Origin: Longimicrobiales bacterium
GTDB taxonomy: Bacteria; Gemmatimonadota; Gemmatimonadetes; Longimicrobiales; Gaopeijiaceae
Direction: 5' to 3'
NCBI GenBank assembly: GCA_965202985.1
Contig: CBDBCF010000001.1
Location: forward strand, 2,400,001 to 2,464,000
DNA: 64,000 nt
Made by a program: the position numbers and the translations under genes
Shown: in pieces, positions 44,001 through 54,325 of the stretch
Layout: each line of letters begins with the position of its first letter
How positions within the stretch are numbered: position 1 is the first letter of the stretch
The notes under the pieces: generated by a model
Database searches by the model: none
The model's input: only the letters and a program-made list of their open reading frames with translations
Told to the model about the DNA's origin: nothing

Positions 44001-45589
44001 ACGGCCTGCACGTCCATTGCCCGCGCGTCGCCCGCCAGCCTGCGCGTAATCTGTCCCTTCAACGTGCGGTTGGTAGAAAGCGTGTCGGCAAACCACTGGG
44101 AGCGGTCGATCCGCGAGGCGAAGGCCAGCGTGCGGGGCAAGCGGTTCGGCACTTCGATGGGGCCGCCGCGAACGTAGCCGTTCATGGCCAGCGCGGTTCC
44201 GTAGAGGCGCAGCAAGTCGTCGTCGCTGATTCGCGCTTTTTCGGCAGCGCGAGCGAGCGACGCGCGGATGCCCGGCGTCAAGTGGCTTTGGTGAACGCCC
44301 AGCACGATCACGCGGTAGTCCGACAGCTCGCCCGCCGCCACCGCGTCCTTGAACTTGAGCTTGTGGAGCAGCGGTCCGTAGATGCGCAAGTCGGACATGT
44401 CCACTACGTCCAAGCCCTTGTTCCTGGCGCTGCTCCTGGATCGCTCCTTGTAGATGCGCTCCGTCGCCGTCATGTAGAGACGCCGATCGGCGTTGACCCG
44501 GTGATGGAAGTGCTGGAAGTTGACCTTGCGGTCGGCGATGTCGATGCCCGTGGTGCGGTGGGCTTCGTCGGCTATGGCAAGGTCGAAGCCGGGGGCCGCG
44601 TGCTCGCGCTGCGCCCTCACGACCACGTCGAGCGACTGGTAGGTGCAGAACACGACCTTGGCGCCGTGCGAGGGCGTGCCGTCCGAGACGGACAGGTGCG
44701 CCGAGACTTCGGACGGGTCCGTCAGCACCGGGCACACCAGGTCGTCGGGACCCACCTCGTGCTTCTCGCCCTTGCCGCCTGCCGTGCGGTCGGAGCACAC
44801 GACCAGGGCGGAGAGCGGGCGCACCGCGTGGGTCAGCCACTCGCGCCTTGCCTGCGAGACGAGGGAGATCGTGGGCGCAGCGAACAGGATGCGGCCGTCA
44901 TCGGGGACCAAGCGCTCGGCGATCCGCAGCGACGTGAACGTCTTCCCGGTACCGCAGGCCATGACGAGCTTGCCCCGGTCGTTGCCTTGCTCGGCCAGTC
45001 CGTCCACCACGGCATCGATGGCGCGTCGCTGGAGCGGCTTGGGCTTGCGCACTTCGGCTGGCTTGCCGATCTCCAGGATCGTGCGGTCCAGGTAGTCGAG
45101 GAAGTCGATGCGGCGGACTTCCGGCCTCTTGTTGCGGATCGCCTTCTCGGCGTTGCGGTTCCATCGGCATGTCGAGACCATCCAGCGGAGTTCGAAGGCG
45201 TCGCCGTCCGAGGCGCTGATGAAGCTGTCCACATCGGGCTTTGAGACGTAGTGATCGCTGGCGTAGCACTTGCACTGGACCGCCACGAGACTGCCGTTGG
45301 TCAGCTTCGCCACTAGGTCGATCCCCGTGTCGCGGCCGTCCAGGCCGGTGAGCCGAAGTCGGTCCGGCCATTCGCGCCACGTCCAGATGTCCGCCACTTG
45401 AAAGTCGGGCAGCTCTCGCGCAACCGCCATGAAAAGGTGCTCGAACCAGCGGCCCTGCTCCTCATTCCCCGCGGCTTCCCGGAAGATCCGCTCGAAGGGC
45501 TCGCGGATGAGCTGGTCGCGGCGGAGGTCGAGCGTGGGTTGGGACCTTTCGCGCGCGGGAGTCGGCGGCAGTTCTTGCTGGGTAGGCAC
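41081..45589 (-). CDS. Single-polypeptide restriction-modification enzyme (Mrr-like nuclease + SF2 helicase + N6-MTase + TRD; type ISP-like)
   Basis: DTGIDLVA...AVQCK; MACGTGKT, DEAHRT, MTAT, EGVDVPALD, QSVGRVMR; ILDPACGTG, LMNPPY. GTG start is inferred. Confidence 0.85.
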   Translation of the reverse strand: MPTQQELPPTPARERSQPTLDLRRDQLIREPFERIFREAAGNEEQGRWFEHLFMAVARELPDFQVADIWTWREWPDRLRLTGLDGRDTGIDLVAKLTNGSLVAVQCKCYASDHYVSKPDVDSFISASDGDAFELRWMVSTCRWNRNAEKAIRNKRPEVRRIDFLDYLDRTILEIGKPAEVRKPKPLQRRAIDAVVDGLAEQGNDRGKLVMACGTGKTFTSLRIAERLVPDDGRILFAAPTISLVSQARREWLTHAVRPLSALVVCSDRTAGGKGEKHEVGPDDLVCPVLTDPSEVSAHLSVSDGTPSHGAKVVFCTYQSLDVVVRAQREHAAPGFDLAIADEAHRTTGIDIADRKVNFQHFHHRVNADRRLYMTATERIYKERSRSSARNKGLDVVDMSDLRIYGPLLHKLKFKDAVAAGELSDYRVIVLGVHQSHLTPGIRASLARAAEKARISDDDLLRLYGTALAMNGYVRGGPIEVPNRLPRTLAFASRIDRSQWFADTLSTNRTLKGQITRRLAGDARAMDVQAVHLDAKHSAIERSEKLRWLNEANRTNESRMICNVRLFTEGVDVPALDAVSFLDPRASQIDIVQSVGRVMRKAEGKRFGYIVVPVALEEGEDVVDMLARRDDDYRAIGQVLRALQAHDERLAEATASFVTAHQTQDMDRPPRGQRLAHHERNLEFDLKPVDAASIFTHIGAASGLGKPGRMTAETIADAVKVAADHFLAEDAILDSARDVLELPAAPDKEIATVAALLLCNACLLHKRLKSDSEGWADLPGLDAVARARKPGGTSPRSLGIDPREGLRARLRPRAGPPDGRLSCRPPPPPPNLSRTSLRSAVRVLAERAESLADSLNELGYDHAGPLYHRILGSAESDGAFYTNNVSALMLAGLALAPDLVEWSDYEAATGLRILDPACGTGTLLMAALKTIKDRGLAHGAFDDDNLAQAHKDLVEQSLHGVDINYHATQLAASNLTLGAPSVNYEAMSLHTLQHGPQPDGTVRLGSLELLRDAVAGRAPDLFGVAKTARIVDRGRPDRHGPAPDLRNQSVVLMNPPYTANDKRGRKYNKDDLKRMQREEQSLRETVARADRAAGEVIDFNSVSTFFTPMADALLKKDVAVLGKVLPTTACTSTSGLAERKFLARRFHVDVIVTTHDPKRPNLSENTSIHESLLVCRRKTEQNANAPTLFVSLAQKVELPSEIEEIRDWVSAVHERRPHKWHALFEWPEERIAQGDWSPAQWFDGELAFVADEIESLASLRPLGEIALVEPAGRAIRGAMVNPLKHDPEPQYSVMWRHQTARQITMRTTVDCVTEPKPTKGDYARNALWPKASRLLVALKINPQAIRTTSVMLDQPVLGNAWVPVTPRASYLRLDARMSGHSAQRSLRVQKAWCAFLNSTPGAVLFLNRRSKKLTYPAYSLDQLRALPCPDPRTTDASALADAFDRLQGEELRPWPEMDQCPVRAELDAVVSRVVGLGPDRIAEWRRKLVLEPTISNKARTVDP
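43104..43121. repeat. G18/C18 homopolymer tract inside the RM gene
   Basis: 18 consecutive G on the + strand. Confidence 0.9.
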
Positions 45590-45742
45590 ACTGTCAAGAC
45601 AACGCCTTGTGTCACATACATGAGTTCGGGGTGGCGCAGCCACGGTTGCTTGACCGGCGGTTGGCCTGACGGCAGATTTTGTTTCCGGCGATGCGGCCGC
45701 ATGGCGGAGCAGCGGGTCATCCAATCGAAAAAGGAGGGAGCG

Positions 45743-47260
45743 GTGCGGATCGCCGGGGCGTCGCGACGCGCCACGAAGGCTGACCGGAGCTTGCCGGCCC
45801 CGCCCCGTGCCGGGCTCTGGGCGGGCGTCCTTGCGGCAAGCGCGGTGGGGCTCGCCCCGGTCGTCCGTGCGCCGGTCGCGGCGACGCTGGCGCAACAGCC
45901 GTCGCCGGCGACCTATTGCCGAGTGCCGAGCGTCGGCGGAGCAGCGCGATCTCCCTTCGCCAGCGAAATAGCCGCGGAGCGAGCCGACGCTCTCTTGCCG
46001 TCGCCCGCGTACGCCACCTACGGCGACGAGCGGCTGGCTGCCCTGATCGAGGAAGGACTGGCGAACAACCCGCAGGTTCGGGCGGCTTGGTCGGCATGGC
46101 AGACGTCGCTCCATCGCGTGGATCAGGCGACGGCCCATCCCGATCCGATGCTCGCGTTGACCCAGCATGTCCAGCCGCCGGAGACGCGGGTGGGTCCCCA
46201 GATTGCGATGCTTTCGGTTCGCCAGCGGCTTCCGGGCTTCGGGAAGCTCGATCTGCGGGGCCGGGTGGCGGCTTCGGCAGCGGTCGAGCAGGGCGAACTG
46301 CATCGGGCCCAGCGCGCCGACTTGGTTCGCTCGGTCAAGGGTGCCTGGTACGACTTGGCGTTTGTCGACCGGGCGCTGGCGATCAACCGAGAGAGCCAGG
46401 AGCTGTTGGAGCGCTACGAGGCCGTGACGCGGGCCCGGTACGCGCAAGGGTTCGGGTTGCAGGCCGATGTCGTGCGCATGCAGGCCGAGTACACGCGCAC
46501 CCTGAGCCAGCGGGACGATCTGGAGCGGCAGCGGATCGACGCCGAAGCGACGCTGAACGCTCTGCTCGCGCGTCCGGTCGGGGATGTTCACGGCACCGTC
46601 GAGCAGGTCGCCCTTCCCCCGGCGCCCGCGAACGTGGACTCCCTTGTCGCCGCCGGACGCCGCGCTCGCCCGGAACTCCGAGCCGCGCTCCGGCGCGTCG
46701 AGACCAGGGAACACGCCGCCAAGCTGGCCCAGCGGGCGCGCTGGCCCGACTTCGATGTGGGCGTCGTCTGGGGCGCTCTGCTCGGCCGGGACGATCCGGC
46801 GGGCCGGGCCGCGCCCCCGCCCGACAACGGCCGGGACGTCTTCAGCCTGACCGCGGGCGTCAACCTGCCGGTCTTCGGGCAACGCTACGAAGCCGGCGTT
46901 CGCGAAGCTTCCGAGTCGCTCGCGCAGGCGTGTGCCCTGTACGAGGGCGCGGTAGACGAAATGGAGCGGGCCGTGCGGTCCACGTTGTCCAGGATACTCT
47001 CCGTGAAGCGCCAGCTCGCCCTCTTCGAGGACGCCCTGCTGCCGCAGACCGAGCAGGCGCTGCACTCCACCGAAGCCGCGTACTCGACGGGCACTGTGGG
47101 CGCCCTCGACCTTCTCGACGGCGAGCGCCGGTTGCAAGACGTCCAGCTCGGGCTTGCGCGCCTTGCGACCGACTACATGAAGGCGCTGGCCGATCTCGAG
47201 CGCGCCGTGGGCGCAGTCGCGACCGAAGGCGCCGAGTCATCCAGAGGGGACGCGCCGTGA
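45743..47260 (+). CDS. TolC family outer-membrane efflux protein (CusC/CzcC-like)
   Basis: GTG after AAGGAGG; LANNPQVRAA, two OEP repeats, AYSTGTVGALDLLD. Confidence 0.85.
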   Translation: MRIAGASRRATKADRSLPAPPRAGLWAGVLAASAVGLAPVVRAPVAATLAQQPSPATYCRVPSVGGAARSPFASEIAAERADALLPSPAYATYGDERLAALIEEGLANNPQVRAAWSAWQTSLHRVDQATAHPDPMLALTQHVQPPETRVGPQIAMLSVRQRLPGFGKLDLRGRVAASAAVEQGELHRAQRADLVRSVKGAWYDLAFVDRALAINRESQELLERYEAVTRARYAQGFGLQADVVRMQAEYTRTLSQRDDLERQRIDAEATLNALLARPVGDVHGTVEQVALPPAPANVDSLVAAGRRARPELRAALRRVETREHAAKLAQRARWPDFDVGVVWGALLGRDDPAGRAAPPPDNGRDVFSLTAGVNLPVFGQRYEAGVREASESLAQACALYEGAVDEMERAVRSTLSRILSVKRQLALFEDALLPQTEQALHSTEAAYSTGTVGALDLLDGERRLQDVQLGLARLATDYMKALADLERAVGAVATEGAESSRGDAP

Positions 47261-48588
47261 AGGACGCGCGCAGGCGATGGATCGCCGGGGTCGCAATCGT
47301 AGCCGCCCTCGCGGTCGCCGCAGTCGTCTGGGATCCGATGGGCTGGACCTCGGACCAAGCCGACGAAGCCGACGGACAGCTCTTCACCTGCCCCATGCAC
47401 CCGCATTTGCTGCTGCACGGCCCTGGCGCCTGCCCCATATGCGGCATGGAGCTGGTTCCGGTCGAACCCGACCCGCCGGCCCAGGGGCGCGACTCCGCTT
47501 CCACTTCGGCCGACGACCCGCACGACCCGCACGACCCGCACGGCTCGCCGGTCTCCGTGCACGTCGACCCGGCATTCCTGCAGAACTTCAACGTGCGCAC
47601 CGAGGTCGTGGGCGAGGGCTCGCTGGACCGGGAGATTCGCACGGTCGGCTACCTGGCCCACGACGACGAGGCCGTCTTCTCGGTCAACACCAAGTTCGGC
47701 GGATGGATCGAAGAGGCCCATGTGGCGACGGTCGGCGAGCGCGTGTCCAAGGGGGACGTGCTCTTCGAGATCTACAGCCCGGAGCTGGTCACGTCCCAGT
47801 GGGACTACATCTCGGCGATCGAATACGCGGACCGGTTGCGACAGCGCGGTGCCCACGACGACGCCGTGCGCCAAGCCGAGTCCCTTGCGGCTGCGGCCCG
47901 CGAGCGTCTGCGGTCCTGGGACATGACGCCCCGCCAGATCGAGGCGCTGGAGACGACGCGGGAACCCAGCCGGACCGTCGAGTTCGTGTCGCCCGTCTCC
48001 GGCTTTCTCGTGGGAAAGACGGGTGATTCGCTGGAGGGACTGCGGCTCTCTCCGGGCATGACCGTCCTCAAGTTCGCGGACCATCGCACGCTTTGGGTCG
48101 AAGCGGAGTTCTTCGAACACGACGTGCGCCACCTTCGGGAGGGCCAGCAGGTCGTCGTCACCATCGACGCCTTCCCGCAACGGCAGTGGGAGGGAACGAT
48201 CCTCTTCTTCCGGCCCGCCATGAACCCTGCCACGCGCACGCTGACGGGCTTCGTCAAGGTCGCCAACGACGATATGCTCCTGCGCCCGAAGATGTTCGCC
48301 AACGTGGTTGCGCGGACTCCCGCGGCGGCCGACGCCGTTCTGATTCCGTCGGACGCCGTGTTGCGCACGGGCGGCCGAGCCGTTGTGATCGTTGCCGAAG
48401 GCGACGGCCACTTCACGCCGCGGGAGGTTCGCCTGGGGCTGTCGGCCGGTGGGCGGCAACAGGTCCTGGAGGGACTGGCGGAAGGGGAGACGATCGTCAC
48501 GACGTCGCAGTTCCTCTTCGATTCCGAGAGCAACATGCGGGCTGCGATCGCTCGGTTAGCCGCCGAAGCCCCGAACCACGAGCCTTGA
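47257..48588 (+). CDS. CusB-like RND periplasmic adaptor with heavy-metal-binding domain
   Basis: FTCPMHP...CPICGMELVP, EIYSPEL, LRPKMF, QFLFDSES. Confidence 0.9.
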   Translation: MKDARRRWIAGVAIVAALAVAAVVWDPMGWTSDQADEADGQLFTCPMHPHLLLHGPGACPICGMELVPVEPDPPAQGRDSASTSADDPHDPHDPHGSPVSVHVDPAFLQNFNVRTEVVGEGSLDREIRTVGYLAHDDEAVFSVNTKFGGWIEEAHVATVGERVSKGDVLFEIYSPELVTSQWDYISAIEYADRLRQRGAHDDAVRQAESLAAAARERLRSWDMTPRQIEALETTREPSRTVEFVSPVSGFLVGKTGDSLEGLRLSPGMTVLKFADHRTLWVEAEFFEHDVRHLREGQQVVVTIDAFPQRQWEGTILFFRPAMNPATRTLTGFVKVANDDMLLRPKMFANVVARTPAAADAVLIPSDAVLRTGGRAVVIVAEGDGHFTPREVRLGLSAGGRQQVLEGLAEGETIVTTSQFLFDSESNMRAAIARLAAEAPNHEP

Positions 48589-51500
48589 ACCGAGTCGTCG
48601 ACTGGTCGCTCGCCAACCGGCCGATCGTCCTGTTGGGAGCGGTGGTGCTGATCGTCTTCGGCGGCGCCACGTTGTCGCAACACTCGATGGACGCGATTCC
48701 CGACATGTCGGATGTGCAGGTCGTCGTCCTCACCGAGTACCCCGGCCAAGCTCCGCGGATCGTCGAAGACCAAGTCACCTATCCCCTGACGACCCGGTTG
48801 CTGTCGGTCCCCGGCGCTCGAGACGTGCGCGCCTATTCCTTCTTCGGCCGCTCGCTGGTGTACGTGGTCTTCGAAGACGGCACCGACCTCTACTGGGCGC
48901 GAAGCCGAGTGCTGGAGTCGCTGAGCACGGCCACGGGCAGCCTGCCCGCCGGGGTCACGCCGACGCTGGGCCCCGACGCCACCGGCGTGGGATGGGCGTT
49001 CGTCTACGGGCTCAAGTCGAACCGCCACGACCTGGGCGAGCTTCGATCCCTTCAGGATTGGTACCTCAAGTACGAGCTGAGCGCCGTGCCCGGGGTCGCC
49101 GAAGTAGCCAGCGTGGGCGGGTTCGCGCGCCAATACCAAGTCACGATGGATCCAAACCGGTTGCGTGCATACGGCGTAACGCCCCAGCGGATTGCGGAAG
49201 CCGTGCGCCGGAGCAGCGCCGACACGGGCGGGCGTCTGCTGGAGATCGCCGGCAAGGAGTTCATGATCCGCGGCCGGGGCTACATCCAGTCGCCCGAGGA
49301 GATCGGCAAGATCATCCTGGGGGTGAACCCCAACGGCACTCCGCTGCTGCTGGAGAACGTGGCCCGAGTGGCGGTCGGCCCGGACATCCGACGGGGCGTG
49401 GCGGAGTGGGACGGCGAAGGCGAAATCGTGGGCGCGATCGTGGTGGTGCGCTACGGCGCCGACACTCGCGAGGTCGTGCGGGCAGTGAAAGCCCGGCTTG
49501 CGGAAGTCGAGCCCCAGCTCCCCGAGGGCGTCGAAGTCGTGGTCGGGTACGACCGCACCGGCTTGATCGACGACGCCGTGAGCAACCTGCGCAACGCCTT
49601 GCTTCAGCAGTTCCTGATCGTCGGCGCCGTGTGCCTGGTGTTTCTTCTTCACGCAGGCAGCGGGTTGGTGGCCGTGGCGTCGCTTCCTGCCGGCTTCTTC
49701 GTCGCCTGCATCGTCACCGACTGGATGGGCGTGCAGCTGAACATCATGTCGCTGGGCGGCGTGGCCGTGGCCGTGGGAACGATGGTGGACGCGGCGATCG
49801 TGATGGTCGAAAACGCTCACCGCCACTTGGCTCGCAAGCGAGACGATCAGTCGCACTGGCAGGTCGTCGGCGCCTCCTGCCGGGAGATCGCGCCGGCGCT
49901 CTTCGCGTCGCTGCTTGTGATCACGGTGTCGTTTCTGCCGGTGTTCATGCTCGACGAACAGCAGGGCCGCCTCTTTCGACCGCTTGCGATCACCAAGACA
50001 GCGACGATGGCGTCCGCGGCGCTTCTCTCCCTCACGCTCGTTCCCGTCCTCGTGGGCTACTTGGTGCGAGGGCGAGTTCGGCCCGACCGCCTGAATCCCG
50101 CCCGCAACCTCTTGGCGCGCGTCTACGCTCCGTTGCTTCGGCGCGCGCTGCGCACTCCGGCGCTGGTCTTGGGGCTCTTGGTCCTGCTACTGAGCGCGTC
50201 CGCCGTAGCGTACAATCGTCTCGGCTCCGAACTCATGCCGCCGCTCTGGGAGGGCGACCTGCTGTACATGCCGACGACCATGCCCGGCATCTCCATCACC
50301 GAAGCGCGAGACCTTCTGCAACGCACCGACCGAATCATCAAGACCTTCCCGGAAGTGGACCACGTCTTCGGCAAGGTGGGCCGCGCCGAGACGGCCACCG
50401 ACCCGGCGCCGCTGTCGATGATCGAGACCACGATCCTTCTCAAGCCACGGAACCAGTGGCGGGAAGGGATGACCCGCGAGCGCCTGCTGGCCGAGCTCGA
50501 GAGTGCCGTGCAGGTTCCCGGCCTTACCAACGCCTGGACGATGCCGATCAAGGCCCGCATCGACATGCTGTCCACGGGCATCAAGACGCCGGTGGGCGTG
50601 AAGATCGCGGGGCCGGACCTGGCGGTTCTCGAGCGACTGGGGCGGGAAGTCGAACAGGCGGTGCGCGACCTGCCGGGCACGTCGAGCGCCTACGCCGACC
50701 GGGTCATGGGCGGCAACTACCTGGACATCACGATCGACCGCGACGCCATTGCGCGCTACGGTCTGACCGTGGAGGAAGTGCAGTGGACGATCGGCGCGGC
50801 GATCGGCGGAATGCAGGTCACCACGACCGTGGAGGGGTTGCAGCGCTACCCTGTCCACCTTCGCTACGAACGCGAGTTTCGGAACGACCTTCCGGCACTG
50901 AAGAGCGTGCTCGTGCCGACGCCCACGGGCATGCAAGTTCCGCTGGGGCAGCTGGCGACGATGGAGTTCGTCGTGGGGCCGCCGGTCATCAAGAGCGAGA
51001 ACGCGCGCCCCAATGCGTGGGTGTACATCGACATCGACACGTCGGACCTCGGGGGCTACGTGGAGGCGGCGCGTCGGACGGTCGAGACGAGCGTCGACGT
51101 CCCGCCCGGCTACTCCATCGCTTGGAGCGGCCAGTACGAATCGATGCAGCGAGCGGAGCGGCGCCTGCGCTTCATCGTCCCGCTCACCGTGATCGTGATC
51201 TTCGTCGTGATCAGCCTCAACACCAAGTCCTTCGCCAAGACCGGCGCGATCCTCCTGGGAACGCCCTTCGCCTTGAGCGGCTCGTTCCTGCTGCTGCATC
51301 TTCTTGGGTACAACTTGAGCGTGGCCGTGTGGGTGGGGCTGATCGCGGTGGCTGGACTGTACGCGGAGACCGCGATCGTGTTCATGCTCTACCTCGAGAT
51401 TGCCTACGCCGACGCCCTGGCCGAGGGCAAGATGAACGACCGGCGGGACTTGGTACGGGCGATCTGCAACGGCGCCGTCTCCCGCGTGCGTCCCATCGTC

Positions 51501-51710
51501 ATGACCGTGGCCACCGACGTGATCGGCCTTGCCCCCATCATGCTCAACGACGGGGCCGGGTCCGACATGATGAAGCGCATCGCGACCCCGTTGTTCGGCG
51601 GCGTCGCCACCTCCGCTCTCGTTGTCTTGATCGTCTTCCCGACCCTGTACTTCCTGCACAGACGCCGCAGCGTCCCGGCCGGGCTCGATCGCGAGGGCGG
51701 CGCCGGCTGA
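48585..51710 (+). CDS. cusA: CusA/CzcA family heavy-metal efflux RND transporter
   Basis: DAIPDMSDVQV, LGPDATGVGW, MVDAAIVMVEN, EGDLLYMPTT, DPAPLSMIET, RIDMLSTG. Confidence 0.92.
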   Translation: MNRVVDWSLANRPIVLLGAVVLIVFGGATLSQHSMDAIPDMSDVQVVVLTEYPGQAPRIVEDQVTYPLTTRLLSVPGARDVRAYSFFGRSLVYVVFEDGTDLYWARSRVLESLSTATGSLPAGVTPTLGPDATGVGWAFVYGLKSNRHDLGELRSLQDWYLKYELSAVPGVAEVASVGGFARQYQVTMDPNRLRAYGVTPQRIAEAVRRSSADTGGRLLEIAGKEFMIRGRGYIQSPEEIGKIILGVNPNGTPLLLENVARVAVGPDIRRGVAEWDGEGEIVGAIVVVRYGADTREVVRAVKARLAEVEPQLPEGVEVVVGYDRTGLIDDAVSNLRNALLQQFLIVGAVCLVFLLHAGSGLVAVASLPAGFFVACIVTDWMGVQLNIMSLGGVAVAVGTMVDAAIVMVENAHRHLARKRDDQSHWQVVGASCREIAPALFASLLVITVSFLPVFMLDEQQGRLFRPLAITKTATMASAALLSLTLVPVLVGYLVRGRVRPDRLNPARNLLARVYAPLLRRALRTPALVLGLLVLLLSASAVAYNRLGSELMPPLWEGDLLYMPTTMPGISITEARDLLQRTDRIIKTFPEVDHVFGKVGRAETATDPAPLSMIETTILLKPRNQWREGMTRERLLAELESAVQVPGLTNAWTMPIKARIDMLSTGIKTPVGVKIAGPDLAVLERLGREVEQAVRDLPGTSSAYADRVMGGNYLDITIDRDAIARYGLTVEEVQWTIGAAIGGMQVTTTVEGLQRYPVHLRYEREFRNDLPALKSVLVPTPTGMQVPLGQLATMEFVVGPPVIKSENARPNAWVYIDIDTSDLGGYVEAARRTVETSVDVPPGYSIAWSGQYESMQRAERRLRFIVPLTVIVIFVVISLNTKSFAKTGAILLGTPFALSGSFLLLHLLGYNLSVAVWVGLIAVAGLYAETAIVFMLYLEIAYADALAEGKMNDRRDLVRAICNGAVSRVRPIVMTVATDVIGLAPIMLNDGAGSDMMKRIATPLFGGVATSALVVLIVFPTLYFLHRRRSVPAGLDREGGAG

Positions 51711-51847
51711 GGGGAGGCGTCCGCCCGAGTCCGCGCGTGCGCCGTCCGCGTGGAACTGGCGCAGGTCCAGACGACCGGCGACTTTGCAATGCCCCTCTTC
51801 CAAGCCGACTCTCGACCCAGCCGATCCACACCGACAGGACGACTTCC

Positions 51848-54301
51848 ATGAAGCGCTTCGCCGCACCCTTCCCGCTCCTTCTCGTGGTCGTGGCGCTGGT
51901 CGCGACGGCCGTGGCCGCACCCGCCGTCGCCGCGCCCGCGCTCCCCGCCGCGCACCCGCTCCCCCAGGAAGAAGAAGAAGAGGAGGGGGCCGACCAGGAC
52001 GAGGCCGAAGACGAGGACCAGGAGAAGACCAAGTCGTACAGCGACGTGATCACCGAGGACGCCGTGACCAGCGAGGGCCTCTTCGACACGCACATGATCG
52101 ACGACAAGCTCTACTACGAGATCCCCTTGGAGACGCTGGACAAGGAGATGCTCCTGCTGACCCGCGTGGCGCGCACGCCGGACGGGGCGGGGTACGGCGG
52201 CTCCAAGGCCAACACCTCCACCGTCCGCTGGGAGCGGAACGGCGACCGGGTGCTGCTGCGGCTGGCGAGCTACGAGAACTTTGCGGGCGACTCGACGGCG
52301 GTGGCGCAGGCGGTGCGCAACTCCAACTTCGAGCCGATCATCGGGGCGTTCGACGTGGAGGTCATGTCGGACGACTCGTCGGCGGTGGTGGCGGAGGTCA
52401 CGGACCTGTTCACCAGCGACGTGACGCTGCTGGGGCTGCCCAAGTTCCGCCGGGAGCAGTTCGGGGTGCGGCGGCTGGACGGGGACCGGACGTACATCGT
52501 GCGCGCCACGGCCTTCCCGACCAACGTGGAGGTGCGGCGCGTGGTCACCTACGAGGCCACCGAAGCGCCCTCCAACGCGGCCAGCAACACGCTCTCCATG
52601 GAGATGCACCACTCGATGCTGGCGTTGCCCGACGACCCCATGGAGCCGCGCCTGTGCGACGAGCGCGTCGGCTTCTTCAGCACCCGCCAGATCGACTACG
52701 GGCTGGACGAGCAGCGCGCCGTGACGCAGTGCTTCGTCACCCGCTGGCGGCTGGAGCCCAGCGACCCGGAGGCGTTTGCGCGGGGCGAGCTGGTGGAGCC
52801 GGTCGAACCGATCGTCTACTACATCGACCCGGCGACGCCGCCCAAGTGGATTCCGTACCTGAAGCAGGGCGTCGTGGATTGGCAGCCGGCCTTCGAGCGC
52901 GCCGGCTTTCGGAACGCGATCGTGGCCCGAGACGCGCCCGACGACCCCGACTGGAGCCCCGAGGACGCGCGCTGGTCGGTGATCCGCTACCTGGCGTCGC
53001 CCGTGCAGAACGCGTCCGGCCCGCACGTGCACGACCCGCGCACGGGAGAGATTCTGGAGAGCGACATCCAGTGGTACCACAACGTGATGAACCTGCTGCG
53101 CAACTGGTTCTTCGTGCAGACGGCGGCGGTCAACGAGGATGCGCGGGGCGTGAAGTTCGACGACGAGCTGATGGGCGAGCTTGTGCGCTTCGTGTCGGCC
53201 CACGAGGTGGGGCACACGATCGGGCTGCAGCACAACATGCAGTCGTCTTCGGCGTACACGGTGGAGCAGTTGCGGACGCGCTTCACTTGCGAGATGGGCG
53301 TGGCGCCGTCGATCATGGACTATGCGCGCTTCAACTACGTGGCCCAGCCCGGCGACGACGCCTGCCTGATGCCGTTGGTGGGGCCGTACGACAAGTTCGC
53401 GATCGAGTGGGGATACCGGCCGTTCCCGGGGAAGGATCGCTACGAGGAGCGCGAGGACCTGCGGGCGATGGTGGTCGAGATGCAGGAGGACCCGGTGTAC
53501 AGGTTCTCCAGTCCCAACGGGGCGGACCCGTCGGCGCTGACCGAGGCGATCGGCGACGACGCCATGCGCGCCTCCGACTACGGCGTCGATAACCTGAAGC
53601 GGATCGTGGACAACCTGACGGAATGGACGTTCGAGGAGGGCGAGGACTATTCGCAACTGGAGGAGATATACGGCAACGTCGTGTCGCAGTGGAGCCGGTA
53701 CATGGGGCACGTGGTCGCGAACGTGGGCGGCGTGGTGCGCACGCGGAAGCGACAGGGGCAGGACGGCGTGCCCTACGAGCGGGTCTCCGCGGACCGCCAG
53801 CGCCGGGCGATGGAATACTTGAATCGGCAGGTCTTCGCCACGCCCGAGTGGCTGGTGGATGCCGACGTGCTGGACCGCTTCCAAGGCACCGGCGCGCTGG
53901 ACTTGGTGCGGGGGCGGCAGGCGGCGGCGCTGCGCCAGGCGCTGAATGTGGAGCGGATGAAGCGCTTGGTTGAGCAGGAGGCCTTCCACGGCGACGACGC
54001 CTACGCGCTGGGCGAGATGCTGGACGACCTGCGGACCGGCGTCTGGTCGGAGGCTTCGTCGGGCGGGGAGACCGACGCCTACCGCCGCAACCTGCAACGG
54101 GCGTACCTGGAGCGGATGGGCGCGCTGATGGAGGACGAGGACGCGATGCGCACCGATGTGGCGCCGTTCGTGCGGGGGCAGCTGGCGGCGTTGCGGGGGG
54201 AGCTGGAGGTGGCCGCCGCGGGGGCGTCGCACCGAGCCACCAGGCTGCATTTCCTGGATGCGGTCGAGCGGATCGAGGCGATTCTGGAACCGGGGGATTA
54301 G
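51848..54301 (+). CDS. Secreted zinc-dependent metalloprotease (DUF5117/DUF4953, EcxA-like)
   Basis: PIVYYIDPATP, DPRTGEILESDI, HEVGHTIGLQHN, SIMDY. Confidence 0.88.
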   Translation: MKRFAAPFPLLLVVVALVATAVAAPAVAAPALPAAHPLPQEEEEEEGADQDEAEDEDQEKTKSYSDVITEDAVTSEGLFDTHMIDDKLYYEIPLETLDKEMLLLTRVARTPDGAGYGGSKANTSTVRWERNGDRVLLRLASYENFAGDSTAVAQAVRNSNFEPIIGAFDVEVMSDDSSAVVAEVTDLFTSDVTLLGLPKFRREQFGVRRLDGDRTYIVRATAFPTNVEVRRVVTYEATEAPSNAASNTLSMEMHHSMLALPDDPMEPRLCDERVGFFSTRQIDYGLDEQRAVTQCFVTRWRLEPSDPEAFARGELVEPVEPIVYYIDPATPPKWIPYLKQGVVDWQPAFERAGFRNAIVARDAPDDPDWSPEDARWSVIRYLASPVQNASGPHVHDPRTGEILESDIQWYHNVMNLLRNWFFVQTAAVNEDARGVKFDDELMGELVRFVSAHEVGHTIGLQHNMQSSSAYTVEQLRTRFTCEMGVAPSIMDYARFNYVAQPGDDACLMPLVGPYDKFAIEWGYRPFPGKDRYEEREDLRAMVVEMQEDPVYRFSSPNGADPSALTEAIGDDAMRASDYGVDNLKRIVDNLTEWTFEEGEDYSQLEEIYGNVVSQWSRYMGHVVANVGGVVRTRKRQGQDGVPYERVSADRQRRAMEYLNRQVFATPEWLVDADVLDRFQGTGALDLVRGRQAAALRQALNVERMKRLVEQEAFHGDDAYALGEMLDDLRTGVWSEASSGGETDAYRRNLQRAYLERMGALMEDEDAMRTDVAPFVRGQLAALRGELEVAAAGASHRATRLHFLDAVERIEAILEPGD

Positions 54302-54325
54302 CCGCGGTCGGCATTGAGGACGAGC

